A stretch of 64,000 nucleotides of DNA, taken from positions 51,584,001 to 51,648,000 of the forward strand of contig NC_059425.1 in assembly GCF_021028975.2 (NCBI RefSeq), in the 5' to 3' direction. Made by a program: the position numbers and the translations under genes. The number at the start of each line of letters is the position of its first letter. Within the stretch, counting starts at the first letter, position 1. The stretch is from Sphaerodactylus townsendi. Its lineage: Eukaryota. Below are positions 46,869 through 60,759 of the stretch, piece by piece. A model generated the notes under the pieces. That model saw nothing but the letters and a program-made list of their open reading frames with translations. It was not told the origin of the DNA and did no database searches.

Positions 46869-49800
46869 GTAGGAATTACCATATACCGAGATTGCTTGAT
46901 GTAACACTATGAAAAAAATTGCTTGTAAAAATCAAAATTTATATTCTAATACACTGACTATTTCCTTCCATCACACTCTTATATGGATGTTGGAATGAGG
47001 CAGTAAAGAAAATAAACTAGATGTAAAAATATTTAGTTTGGCAAGCTGATACTTTGCCTGGTAAAGTTCCTTCCTTGGTTTATTTTAAACCTTCCTGTTT
47101 AAAGCATAAGACAAACATATTCCTCTCTAGACTTTATCAACTGGACCCTTGGACCTTCCCGCCAGAATTAACATTACCATCAAAATTTCAAATTCCAAAT
47201 ATTTATTAAATTTACTTGCCAGTAACCTGAACAGGTAAATATTTCACAGCCATGTTTAATTTCTAAAAGAAGAGGGACTGGTCTAGATCTGTTCTTTGAT
47301 GTCCAAATCTCCATCTCTTTCTATGATTGCACTGTCATCAGCAATTGACACTTTGAAAGAAATTGAAGATTTGTTCCAGGGAAGAGCTTAGGTCAAATTA
47401 AGACCTGGTTCTTTTTCCACTTCTTTCATGTAAAAGTTCTCCTTAATATTTTTTCAAATTAGATTTTTAAAAATTAGTATAGTAAGAGTAAATCTAAGAT
47501 TAGATGAAAGGCTAGACCAAGGATTTTCGCAACACCCCGCCTCTGCAACCTTGCAATTTCATTTGACTCTGAGACATCACTACTCACTATGAAGCATATG
47601 TCTTCCACCATTAAAATGTTCCCCTCTCACTTGGGTGTCCTTCTGCAGCAAAGTTAGCCTTCTGTTGCTTCTGCGATGTGTTAATGGAGCCACTACTTGA
47701 CTGCTGTGACCTGGCATGTGCAGAGCAGCCACAAGCTAGTTCCCCCACCCCGGCCCAGGTGTATGCCCCTTGATCCAGGCATACACAATGCTGGGCAGGC
47801 AAGGGACCATTGCTGTTTGCCAAGTGGTACGATGTGAGCATCTGTCTGCTTTACTTCTTCTCTCCCTCCCTTCATTGAGGGAATGGGCCAAGGGTGGGGA
47901 AGTCAGGCTGGACAAGCACACCCTGCTCCACATCAGAGCTTTCGATCATGCAGTGCATCTGGGTAGTGCGGCCTAGGGCTGCCTCTTCCCATAGCTGAAC
48001 TGGCTCCAGCAGGACCTGCCATGAGCCCTTTTTGGTGTTCACCTGTTCCATCATCCTAGGCAATTACTTAATAGACAGGCTACCTCTTAGTAGATTAAAG
48101 ACCCACTTTACATCAGAAGAGCTAGGTTCGAGTTCAGTAGTACTTTAGAGACTGACAAGATTTTTGAGGTATAAGGTTTAGAGAGTCAAGGTCCCCTTTT
48201 CAGTCTTAAGTGTTGCCAAATAATTCACAGGAAGAGGTGATCTCTGTAGAGATTCAGATATGAGCCAACTGCAATTCTTCCAGACTGCGATTGAAAGAAC
48301 TTCCCAGATCCATTCTACTAATGAACCCTTCATGTTCAGAGAGAAGATGCCACTGAAAACCAGTTTCTGGAAGGAATAGTGGGGGAGAGTTACTGCCCTC
48401 AGTGCTGCTTATTGGATTCTCAGCTATGTATTTATCCAATGTGAGAAACAGGATGTCAGACTGGATGAATGTTTGGTGTGATCCTGCAGGTTTCTTCTCC
48501 TGTTCCTCCTAACCCAGCGCTATTTGGTTGACCCTTGTGTCAATCACAAAGCCTCTTTTGCTCTTTCTCAGAATGGTTTTTCAGTATACAAATTGATTGT
48601 TCGGGGTTTTTAAAGAGTAAAATAAACCACAGAACAAACATTTAAATGTGAACTTGTTGAAACACACACACAAATACAGCAGACAGCCTGCATGGAGGAT
48701 GCATGAAAGGACAACAATCCGCATTGTATTTATCTGTTACATTTTGTTCTGCCCCTTTTTCAAGGAGCTCAGTAATGCAGACATAGGTCTCTTCTCCTCT
48801 GTTTCATATTTGGCCATAGCCAAATGATGCAGGTTAAATTGGACAGTGTGAGAGGGACAGTGACTGGTCCAAAGTCTCACATTATGTTTCACAATGCAGC
48901 ATGAATTTGAACCCAGATTTCCTTGATGTTAGTCCGATATTCTAACTACACAGGTGTTGTCCATGTGTTTTTTTCCCAAGAGAAAACTGGAAAACCCACC
49001 CATACTAGCCCACAAATAATGTCATTGCCTGCTCATCTCCCTACACCCATACAGCACCATGTCAGTTTGAATTGGGAGAAATTGATGCTAAGTCACCACA
49101 GTCTTCCCTCAAGTGAGTGGACTAGGAGGTCTTTGTAAGTGTGCCTAAGAGGAATGAAAATATGTTTTCAGGTGATGAAGGGGGAAGAAGAGAAGGACAA
49201 TGATGAAGTGATGTTGGCTGTGTCTGAGCGATAATACAGATTTCAAGTTGTGATAACAATTCGACATCTGTTCTCCCATCATCCCCACACCCCTCTTACT
49301 CTGTATTATAGAAGTCCAAGATCAGCAGCCAACATGCTGATCAATTCAAGGATGGGAACTGCCAAGGAAGTGGCTGCATAACTTTCTGTACAATATTTGT
49401 ATCACTTGCAATGAGCATTAAAGCTGCTGTCTGCAGAGGAACAGCATCTTGTTGAGAAAATAGGAAGCTGGTGCTAGACATAATTAACTCTTTTGCTGTC
49501 TAGGGGATCAAATTGCTTTTACAGAAATTGAGCTCACACCCAATGAAACAGAATATTGGTTCCTTTTCCTTTTTGATCCCCTCCCCCTACATTTTGACTC
49601 TCTATCCTAAATGATTTTCATGTTCCCTTTGCTGGTTTCAAACAGGCAGATACCTTCTCTGGCATCATGCAGCAGTCATAGAGAAGGGCAGAAGCTTGCT
49701 TCATATATCCTGTGTATCAGAACCAAAGATTCAAAGGGCAAATCTGGGACCCATATGAGTTCCAAGTTAAGGAAATGGCTATTTAATGTTATTGAAGGGT

Positions 49801-52800
49801 TTGCCTGCTTTTGAGCAGAGGAAAAGGGCAGGGGGAGCGCCTAGTGGGACATAAAGTAGTGATATCATTTGGTGGTACAAAGTGTCATCACATTGCAGCC
49901 AACTGATGTCAACCCCAAAGTAACTGTGGCCTTCCATAGTGGTCTCCCATCCAAATACCAACCTGCTTGGATTCTGAGATCTGATATGATCTGGTTAGCC
50001 CAGGCCATCTACAACAATGATTAAGTGCTGTCAAGAATGCAACTAACATATGGTGACCCCTCATGAGGTTTTCAAGGAAGGAGGTAAGAAGCTGTTTGCA
50101 ATCGCCTTCCACTGCAGACCAATCCTAGTCTTCTCAATGATCTCCCATCCAAATACTGACCATTCTGGACTATTCAACCTGCTGATACCATTTAGATGTT
50201 TTCATATCAAGGACTCTATGCTGAATATCAGAATATGTGGAGGGTCAGGCTGCACATTCATCTATTAACCAATGCAAAAATGAAACAAAACAGTACCTCC
50301 TGTTATTGTTACTACTGTAATCAAACTGCAGAAGAACACTAATGACATTAATTGATAATAGTTTTGGCATATGGCTTTGTAGTTTACAGGATTCAAGAAT
50401 TCAGATTCAGTGAAAAAGAGCCAGAAGAGAATGAAACTGACATGGAACTTTACCAATCATCACAGTCAAAACATTTTTGCAACCAAAGAGGTTTTTCCTT
50501 ATAGGTTTTTCTTTCTACAATGTGTTCATTAATCCTTTCTGGTTTTCCTCTAATCTGCAAAAGCAGTTACTTTCCTTTCCTGCGATATTTGACTCTAGTC
50601 ACAATATTGGCCTGCCTACAGTGTAGGCAAGTGGGAAAGTGTCTCTTTTTCAATTAGCTGGTGGAAATGTGGGGATGTCTGAAGCAGGCACAGCATAAGT
50701 CGCGAATGGTGGTAGTACACAGTAACTGAAGTAGGGATTTGTTTTTCAAATGAATGCAGACATGAAAAGTTATGTTGCCAAGCTGGGCCTCCTTTGACTT
50801 GGAGTTTGCGCTTAAGGCTCTCTTCTTCCTCCTCTTCAGTTTACCAGTTGCTATGGAGACAGTGGTAGTGGTAGCAGGCAAGAATCCCCACATCACCAGG
50901 CATCTTGGACACTGCATGTTCTGGAAACTACCTTTCCTTGGGTGCATTCAATACCATGGCTACATAGCACAGATGACTCACAGCATCCAAGCCTACCTAT
51001 GAAGTTTGGAAAATGTAGTTCATAGAATGTTTGATATCAGATCATTGGCATCCAAGGCATTGGGTGGGGAGTGCAAAGCAAGAAGGAGGGTGAGAGGAAG
51101 GAAGATTTTTCTGTCCTAAAAGTAGGAAGCAACAGAAAGTAAGCATGTGTACTATGTTGTGTGTATGAAAGATAGGTCTAGGAGTACTCAGAACCCCATG
51201 AGTGCTTGGGGTTCCAAGCATTTTTGACTGGTCATGATCATCTTCGGAATAACATGAGCTATGGGTCATCTGTACCCAGTTTGTAGGAGAGCTGGGCAAA
51301 GGGGAAATCACCCAACAAGAGTATGTCTATTGGGGTATTCAAGGACGATGAGTTTCTTGTATGGTAGCAACTTGGGTAGCTGTCTCAGTAAACTGAATGA
51401 AATATGTTCCAGTCACTGTCTGTTGTCTACCAAACATAGCTGCTCTGCATTCTACATTCATTTCAGTGAAGATTTCAGTCACTGGTTAATTTTATTTTTG
51501 ACTACACAGCACTTAACTCATGCTTTGTAACATTAATGCAAAACTGGTGGCAATATCTGCAAGAGGAATCAGCAGATAGTGAAGGAGTCCTCAGTTCTAT
51601 TTATTTATTTCCTGAAAATCACTCCCTGCCCTGGGTTTTGAGACTGAAGAAACTTTCCTGTGGTTTTTTAAAAAATCCCAGGCAGGAGAAATCTGCCAGG
51701 GGAGAATTGGCTAGTGCAGGAAGGCTGAAGACTCCTCCCATTGGCTGACCTCCCTTGCCAATTTGCCAGCAGCCACATTTGAGAAACTAGCGCTTGCTGG
51801 TATGATGTGTAGTTCTGCCCTTAGAGAATTGTTGTGCATGACATCTCTCTGCTGGGATGCCAGACTGAAATGACATTAAATAAAGTTTGGCACCACTCTG
51901 TGCTTTCCTCTCCTGAAAGGCCAGTTCTCAGAGGGTGCCATTTGCCTCCAAAGCCAAAAGAAACAGAACTATATTACACAATTTTGTCTCGTACTGAATA
52001 CTGAACAGACTCCCAACTGCATTCTCTCACTCTCAGGCGGCCACTCTGCTCCGCTTGTGGACCCCTTTTGTTAAGAGTCGCCAGCTTGTATTCTTAATAT
52101 CCAACCATTGATTAATTCGTGGTCCTATGAGAAAGGTTAAAATGAAATAGAATGATCCCCCCACCCACTGCTCTTTCCTCGTGTGCTTCTCTTCCTGGAA
52201 CCTGGCATTTTTCTTTTGCTGTATCAACTCAAAAGCAATGCAAGGAATTAGGAAATCAGTAACGTGGCAGGCTAGCAAATTGCAGACACATACCTTAATT
52301 CTATGGGAAAACCATGTGAGAAGCTGTGAGTCAGCGATAGGGCACATGCTTTGCATGCAGAATTTTTTTTGGTTCAGTTCCCAACATCTCTGTTGAAAGT
52401 ATCTCAGCAAAAACTTGAAAGCGGGCAAGTGCTGGGAAAGATATTGCTCTGCTTCAGAACTGTAAGCATTGCTTACAGATGGACTAATGGTGTGACTCAG
52501 TATAGTGTATGGGGTATGTCAGTACAATGTACGGGGTACATGAGATCAAGAGTTCAGTGTACAGTATAAGCTTGATTCATCTGGATCTTCTGCATTCAGA
52601 TGCCCGAGCAATCATATTACTCAGAACGTAAGAGCCCCACTGGATCAGACTAGTCATCTTTTTCTCTCAGAGTGGCCAACCAGTTCCTTTGGAAGTCCAA
52701 AAACAGGGCATAGACGTCAAGACCTCAAGACTTCATGTTGCCTCCTGGCACTGGGATTCAAAGGCTGACTGCCTCTGAATGTGGAGGTTCCCTTTAGTCA

Positions 52801-53118
52801 TCATGGCTAGCAGCCACTGATAGACTTATCCTCCATGGATCGGTGTAGTTATTTTTTAAAGCCATCTATGCCTGCTGCCATCACTACATCCTCTGGGCTG
52901 TTAATTCCAAATTTTAAATCACTCGCTGTATAAATAAGTATTTTTTTCTCCGTCCTCATTCTACTGCCCATGAGTTTCATTGGATGTCCTGAAGTTCTAG
53001 TAATTGTAAAAGGGAGAAAAAATTCTCTTTATCAACTCTCTCCACCCATGCATAATATAAACTTCTATCATGACCCCCCCCCCTTTAAGTCATCTCTTTT
53101 CTAAACTGAAAAGTCCTA

Positions 53119-53654
53119 GGCCATTTCTGCACGGCCTCCATTCGCCCCTATCTTCACGCCAAGAGTTCTTGGCGCGCGTAAGAGGCTCAAGCCAGCATGC
53201 AACGTCATGGCTAACGGGCTGGCAGAGGCCGACAGGACGGCGAAGCGGCTCCGCACCGAGCCGCCTCTTCTTCTGCAGCCCCACTCACGTCGATGCAACG
53301 CACAGTAGGTCAGCCTCGCTGGTGCTGAAGTTCGACGCTGCCCTCCGTAACCCCCTGGAGGTCGGAGGACAAGTGTGGGCGGGGTTGCGACGCCTGGCAG
53401 CAGATCGCATCACTTAATGCAGTGACATCGCGTGAGTGGGGCGCAGAAGGGAGACAGCGTCTTCCCCAACAACCACCCTTTGAAGGGTTTGTTGTTTGTA
53501 GAGGCGACCTGGAGGTCAGCCTCTGGGGGGGGGAGGGAAGCGGAGTCAGGTCGCCGCTGCTGCGTTGCAGCAGCGGCGCCTGTGCGAACGGCGGCCTGGG
53601 GGCGGCATTTTTAGTGCCCCCAGGCCGTCGTTAATGGGCCGTGCGGAAACGGCC
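53119..53654. mobile_element. PIF/Harbinger-like MITE inserted in an old CR1
   Basis: TIRs GGCCATTTCTGCACGGCC and GGCCGTGCGGAAACGGCC, 3-bp TSD CTA (53116-53118, 53655-53657). The CR1 sequence rejoins across it. Confidence 0.85.
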
Positions 53655-54447
53655 CTAGACTCTTCAGCTTTTCCTCATTGGGAAGGTTCTTCAACCCCCT
53701 AATTTTCTTGATGGCCCTTTCTGTAAGTTTTTTTAGCTCCTTTGTGACATATGTTTACCAGAATTGCATACACTATTCCAAATGAGACTGCACCATACAG
53801 GGGCATTATGATATCGGCTGTTTTATTTTTAGTCCTTTTCCAATAAACCCTAACATAGTTTGCATTTTTCACTGCTGAAGTATGTATGGTTGACACTTTG
53901 GCTGATTATGCACAGGTCAAATAAAATTAGTTGAGGCTCTTTTTAAAAGTGTCTCTGTGTGTGTGTGTGTGTGGGGGGGGGTGTTTCCCCACAGAACTCA
54001 CCTCCCAAATGCTTCTAACATGTTCTATGTGCCAGAACTCAGGTTATATAAAAGTCACTTAATTAGTGATTTTTTTTTCTTTAACCCTGTTTTCAAACAC
54101 TTTCTGCTTGACTGTGAGAACTACAGCAAGCATGGATTCCATGTTGCCTGTGCAGAATCAACCTTTCACTGAGCAATCTACTATAATCCCAGGATCTTTT
54201 CCCTTCTCAGCCTCAGCATGTTCAGACCTATTAACCTATACTTGAAGTTGAGATTTTTTGTCTCCGTGTGTATCGGCTGAACTTCATTTGCCACATTATC
54301 ACCCACTCAAACAGTTTGTGGAGATCCTCCTGGAGCTCTTCACAGTCACCCTTGGTTTTCACCATCCTGAATAATTTTGTGCCATCTACAAACTAGATCA
54401 CTATGCTATGCACAGAGCCCCTTGGGCATGGGGTGGTTTATAAATCG

Positions 54448-54478
<31 letters not shown>

Positions 54479-54716
54479 TTAGTCCCTAGCTCCAGATCAT
54501 TTATGAACAAATTAAATTATACCAATCCTTGTGAGGCCCCGCTGCGTACTTCTGCCCATTGAGAGAACAGTCCATTTATTCCTACTCTTTGCTTCCTGTC
54601 ATTTAACCAATTTTTAATTCATAAGAGAACCATCCCCTTATCCCATGACTGCTAAGTTTACTCAAGAATCTTTGGTGGTGTACCTTGTCAAAAGCCTTTT
54701 GAAAGTCCAAGTATAT

Positions 54717-55795
54717 AGTATGCTGATGACACCCAGCTTTTGTTCACAATGGAGGGCCACCCGACCTCGGCTCCTGATGCTCTCCAGCATTGTTTAGATG
54801 CTGTGGCTGGTTGGTTGAGTGCGAGTCGGCTGAAGTTGAATCCTACAAAGACGGAGGTCATGTGGCTAGGTCGAGGGGAGTGTCCGGCGGCCTTTAGTCT
54901 GCCTACGCTGCAAGGCGAGGCATTAACATTAGCCTCGTCCGCCAAAAACCTCGGGGTGATACTGGACCCATCACTATCATTGGTTGCCCAGGTCACCCAG
55001 ACGGCTAAGGCAGCATTGTATCATCTGCGGCAGGCTAGACAACTGGCCCCCTATCTCTCCCGATCTGATCTGGCCACAGTGATCCATGCCACGGTCACCT
55101 CTAGGTTAGACTACTGTAACTCGCTCTATGCGGGCTTACCTTTAGCCATGATCCGGAAATTGAAGCTCGTACAAAATGCAGCAGCCAGGTTGCTTGCGGG
55201 AACATCTATTAGGGACCGGATTACTCCGGTCCTGCACAAACTACACTGGCTGCCGATCGAGTACCGGGTCATGTTTAAAGTTTTGGTTTTGACCTTTAAA
55301 GCTATTCATGGCCTTGGACCAGCATATCTACGGGACTGTCTCTCCCTATATCACCCTGCTAGGCCCCTCTGCTCCTCGGAGGCGGACCTTCTGGTGATCC
55401 CTGGCCCCAAAGTGGTCCGGCTGGCCTCCACAAGGGTCAGGGCTTTTACGGCCCTGGCCCTTCCTGGTGGAACAGGCTCCCAGGTGAGATCAGGGCCCTG
55501 TGGGACATACAGAGTTTCCGCAGGGCCTGTAAAACGGACCTGTTCCGCCAGGCATTTGGCCAGCCGGGATAACATCACACCTCTGTGATAAATATCTGGC
55601 CTCTGTGGGTGCAAGAATGGGGCAGGGGAAACAATTTTCATCGCCATCTGATTTTTTTATTTTTATAATTTATATAGGGTTTTAACTAGGATTGTGAAAT
55701 GGATTTTAACTGTTTTATATAATTGATGGACACCACCCTGAGCCCTTTAGGGAAGGGCGGTATAGAAGTTTAATAAAATAAATAAATAAATAAAT
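54717..55795 (+). mobile_element. L2-clade LINE, 5'-truncated at the YADD motif, with (TAAA)n tail
   Basis: YADDTQL...LKLNPTKTEV, SRLDYCNSLYAGLP, LVQNAAARLL, ITPVL.KLHWLP...FKVLVLTFKA.HGLGPAYL. 3' end CACCCTGAGCCC..GGGAAGGGCGGTATAG-(TAAA)n. Confidence 0.92.
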
Positions 55796-58700
55796 ATCTA
55801 TTAGATCACCATTATGTACATGCTTGTTTACTTTCTCAAAAAACTCCAAAAGGTTGGTGATGACTTCTCGTTACAAAAGCCATGCTAATTTCTTCTCAGC
55901 AGCCTTTGTTCCTGTATGTGCCCAATAATTCTATCCTCGATTACAGTTTCTAATAATTTGCCTGGGACAGATGTTGAGCTGACTGGCCTGTAATTTCCTG
56001 GCTCCACTTCCATCTTTTAATTAATAATCTGTGCCACTTGCAGCTTTTTGTGTTCTGTCTTCAGGGCTAGGCCTTCACAACTATGCCATATGGATAAATC
56101 CTTACGTGGATGATCTCAGGAGCTTTGTCTTATCATAAGTACAATAACCTCAAGAAAATACATGGAAATATTTTAACAAGATGGGCTGCTTCACCTAAAA
56201 ATTAGTATCTGGTTATCAAAACAAGGGAAAGGTTTGGAGAGAAGGACCAAACATGATTTATTTTTATTCTCATACTTTCCCCTTTCCAGGATATTTGTTC
56301 CATACAGTTTTCTTTCCTTGGCTTGTATCTAATAAAAAGGGTGGGTAGGAGGTAGATATTTTATTGGAACCACCACCGTTTGTTTCCATAAATGTTTACA
56401 TACAAAAAGCAGGCATTCTGTGGGAGATTTAGACTAGCTAGTAAAACCCTTTTCACCCCCATAAAAACTTTAGATTTGGTCTGAATTTGGCCAAGGTCCC
56501 AGAACTTGTCATAACTTAATTTTATTTTAAAGCTGTAGTTCTGCTAGAGTGCAGCTCACTCCACAACAACCAGCCTTTACCTGTAAATAAAATCATGAGC
56601 ACTTTTTTTTGGTTCATGCTTTGAACATAGTTTGCATTTTGAGAGAATTACTATTAGAAAACAAAATGATTTTGAGGATTTTGAGGATTAGATGACCTCA
56701 AAATGATTTTAAGGATTAGATGACCATCACTGACCACAAGAAAATAAATGGTGTTATATGTAATTTATAAAATGATATATTTGCAATTCAGAAGAGACCA
56801 CAGATGACTAATCATGTAAACAATGAGATTGCTATCCCACAATCATTCTTTGAGTTAATGAGAAAACTCAAGCACATAATGCTAAAGAAGAGGCAGAAGA
56901 TCAANNNNNNNNNNNNNNNNNNNNNNNNNNNNNNNNNNNNNNNNNNNNNNNNNNNNNNNNNNNNNNNNNNNNNNNNNNNNNNNNNNNNNNNNNNNNNNNN
57001 NNNNNNNNNNNNNNNNNNNNNNNNNNNNNNNNNNNNNNNNNNNNNNNNNNNNNNNNNNNNNNNNNNNNNNNNNNNNNNNNNNNNNNNNNNNNNNNNNNNN
57101 NNATTGTAATTTCTGAACTTGAAATAGTATTATACACATTATATAGAAATCCAAAAGGGAGCCCCCTGAGTTTACCACTTTCCTCTGCAATATCTAATTT
57201 AATTTACCCCATATCTTCAACATCATTGTATTGCTTTCTTTTTCATCCTCAACTGGGGCATCCAGTATTACAGAGAGAGACATACATATTATAGTAGTCA
57301 AATACCTCATTTTCTCTCTCCTTAACAGCTTCTCCTTCATCCATCTGAATGGCTGTTGGGGACAAGAGTTGCTATATCAGAATTATTATTTTGTCCATTG
57401 TAGTCTATATTAAATTTTATTATCATTTTATCTATTTAGTTATTTAGATTATTTATTCTTTTCTTATTCCTTTCCATTGATTTTAGTGGGAAATACATTT
57501 GCATCTGTAACTTTCTTGTTTTCCACCCAGAGAGTGGAAATCTTTATATGCAGGTTGAGAAAAGCTATTTCACATTTGGCTATTTCACATTTGGAGCCAA
57601 AATGTGACTGTAATGCTGACAAGGTTCTAGCAGCCTAGTAGTAAGAGAGCCTGCTCTGAAGTTTTGGTGCTAAAGGACCAGATCATACATTAATAAAGAA
57701 TTCTCAGTTCAATCTATTTATCATATGTAGTGTCACTCAGTGTGCGTGAGTATGTGTGTGGCATGGTCATTAAGAGCAGTGAACTATAATCTGGACAACC
57801 ATGTTTGATTTTGCACTCCCTCACATGAAGCCTTCTGGGTGACCTTGGGTTAGTCACAATTCTCTCAGAACTCACTCAACCCCACCTACTTTGCAAGGAG
57901 TCTGTTGTGGGGAGAGAAAAGGGAAATGATTGTAAGCCTTTTTGAGATAGAGAAAAGTAGGATATAAATCCAACTCATAATCTTGTTCTTCTTGAGAGAG
58001 TTTTCATTTCATTATTGTGGAGAGAGGAAGTATTTCGTTTGTGATCCCTGTGAGCCCAGTTACCAGGGAAACCAGCCCTCCGCCTCCCAGGTTCACTGGC
58101 ACTGGATTGGGGGGTAGGGAGGATGGAGTTTGAGGAGGATAGAGATCTCATTGGGGTACAATGCCACAGAGTTCACCCTCCCAAACATCCATTTTCTCCA
58201 GGAGTATTGATCTCTGCCATCTGCAGATGAGCTGTAATTCTGGAGGATATTTAGGTCCAGACGTGGGATCCAGCAGATTCTCACCAGTTCCCGAGAGTGG
58301 GTTACTAATTATTTGTGTATGCCAAGAGAGGGTTACTAATTGGGTCCGCTTTTCCATCTCCACGCCCTTGCCTCCCCAAGAGGCATACTGCCTTTGAACG
58401 TGAAGGTTCCATATAGCAATTGCGACTAATAATGTAACTCCCTGAACTGTGTTAATCCCTTTCAGGTACTGCAATTCATTGATTCTCAGCCTTTCGTACC
58501 TTTTATCTCACCTGTCTCTATCAAAGAACCTGTGTGTTTCACCATTGCTTTGTTCAGATTTGTGAGTTGGGGCATTTTCTATAATGTGATGAAGATTTAG
58601 AAATGACCTGGTGCAAAAAAAATTGTTGGGGTTGTGGTGGGGTGGCTGCCCATGGGGGGGCATCCAACTCAGGTTTTGCCCAGGGCTCAGGTTTGCCTAG

Positions 58701-59170
58701 GTACACCTCTGCCCCCTTTGCTAAGGGGGGGCTGGCGAGGGAACCTGTTACTAAAATTTTTGGATTCCACCACTGTTTAGGTTCCACCTGGAGATTGACA
58801 TCCTACCAATCACAGGGCAACCAAACTGCCTCTCAAAGTGGCGAGCAAAAGCCTAGTACTCTGCTTCTATCACTTCAGTCTCTGCAGTCCTGATAGGATC
58901 AGCATGTGCAAGACTGTATGTACAGTTTGCTAGGGATGTGAGATAGTCTTAGCTCTGTTCTTACCCTGCCCCCCCACCTAAGTATCTCTCTCTTTCTCCC
59001 CTCAGTCTCAGTGAAGTGTTATTTGCCTGCTTGTATTTTTAAAAAGCTCAGGTTTACATTTGCTAAATTTCCAGGTGAGGCCTGGAGATCTCCTGGAATT
59101 ACAACTGATAACCAGGCTACAAAGATCCATTCCCCTGGAGAAAATGGATGCTTTGGAGGTTGGACTCTAG

Positions 59171-59680
59171 GGCCCTTTCCACACGGGCACTGAGCGGGGG
59201 TGCTTTGGCATAAATTATGCCGATGCACCCCCCTCCCCAGACTGTTCACACAGACGGTCCCAGTAGGGGTGTGCCTTCCCCAACCAGCTTACCTGCTCCT
59301 TCTGGCTCTCGTTGCGTTGTGGAGGCCAGGGGACATGCCCCCCTGGCCAGAGCGATGGTGCTGGAGACGGAGGCCAGGGGTCATGTCCCCTGGCCTCCAC
59401 AACATGACGGGAGTCAACAGGAACAGGTAAGCCGGCTGGGGAAGGTGGGAGGGAAACACCGCTTTCCAGCCACTGCCGTTCGCACGGCAGCGGCTGGAAG
59501 GTGCCCCTTTTGAAAAGCCTTGCTCGTGGAGCAAGGTTCAAAAGGGGTGTTTCCATGCCACTTGGGTGGCGCGAGCATGGTGCTGCTGCATTGCAGCAGC
59601 GCCTGCTATGCGAACGCCTCCCCAGGGACGGTGTTTTTGCCATCCCTGGGGCGCTCTATTCCGCACATGAGGAAAGAGCT
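59171..59680. mobile_element. PIF/Harbinger-like MITE nested in a hAT-like MITE
   Basis: Left TIR GGCCCTTTCCACACGGGC, degenerate right end. The body is clearly homologous to 22401-22918. Confidence 0.7.
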
Positions 59681-59902
59681 TCCTCCTCTCTGCAAGTACC
59701 ACATTCCCCAGGTATCACCTGCAATTTTCCAGGAATTTCCAAGCCTGGAGTTAGCAGCCATATTTATTATTAATAACATTGTGACTGCACATTGAATTGT
59801 ATATTCTGAGTAACTGAGGACTGTTGAAATAGAATCTTGTGTGTTGCTTGAAGTCTCAGTTTATGTCAGAGCAGGAGGCATCATTTTAAAATAAGAGACA
59901 AA

Positions 59903-60349
59903 GGTGGATTCTGCACAGCATAAATATAATGTCTGTAGGGCATTATAAAAAGATCCATTTTGGGATTTTGTGTTGCCACAGCACAGGAGAACACAAGTGT
60001 TGCCATCCAAAACAGATATTTTTTTCCTGCCTGCTGCATGGAGTTTTTGCCTGTTTCACAGTGGCACCCACCATTTTGTGTGCTGCAGCAAATTCTCCAT
60101 GGAGATTTCCCATGGGAGTTTCCTTGGCTTACAGTTCATCCATTTGCTATTTTACTGAAAAAGTAGAAGAATGAAGTTTTTTTAGCCTAGTGATCCTATG
60201 CATGTGTCTTTTTTTAATTTTTTCTGTTTTGAAGGGGATGTCTGTGAAGCTTCAGCAACACAAACATGTGCAATTGTAGCTTCTCTAATCATGTCACCAT
60301 AGCTTCACAGACATCCTCCTCCTCCTCCTCCTCCTCCTCCTCCTCCTCC

Positions 60350-60389
<40 letters not shown>

Positions 60390-60759
60390 GACACATGTAC
60401 AGGATTGCTAGGCTAAACAAACTTTATTCATCAACTTTTGGAAGTGAAATAGCAAACAGATGAGCTGCGAGTTGAGGAAACTCCATGGGGAATCTCCATG
60501 GAGAATCTCCTGAAGCACACAAAATGGCAGGTTCGAGTGGCAGGAACATTTGTGCAAAGAAATAAAGCATTTCCTGCTTGCCAGCATTTGCTCAGCATAC
60601 AGGACTTGTCTTCAACTCGGGTTGGGGGGAAAAGATTGCTAGTTTAGCAATTTTTGAAAAACCCGGGCTGAGAGAAACATAACTGGCTGAACTTGTTTTG
60701 GGGAAGAGAGCTGTGCGAAAGTCTTAAATATGTTATATTTGTGTTGTGCAGAATCCACC
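59903..60759. mobile_element. Long palindromic MITE (Harbinger-like), about 860 bp
   Basis: TIR GGTGGATTCTGCACA / TGTGCAGAATCCACC with AAA on both flanks. Internal inverted arms (for example TTCTCCATGGAGATTTCCCATGG versus CCATGGGGAATCTCCATGGAGAA) and a central hairpin at about 60235-60316. Confidence 0.75.
60314..60386. repeat. Compound (CCT)n(GA)n microsatellite
   Basis: Direct observation. Confidence 0.95.

Larger units (their letters stand above)
52620..56010 (-). mobile_element. Older CR1 LINE fragmented by nested MITEs and an L2
   Basis: Tail AGAACGTAAGAGCCCCACTGGATCAGAC. Degenerate RT on the minus strand (for example TTGTCAAAAGCCTTTTGAAAGTCCAAGTA = YLDFQKAFDK, and GACTGGCCTGTAATTTCCTGG = PGNYRPV). 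Confidence 0.8.

Noticed and set aside
50847-50860. RFX X-box-like GTTGCTATGGAGAC
   Set aside because: An isolated motif with no promoter context.
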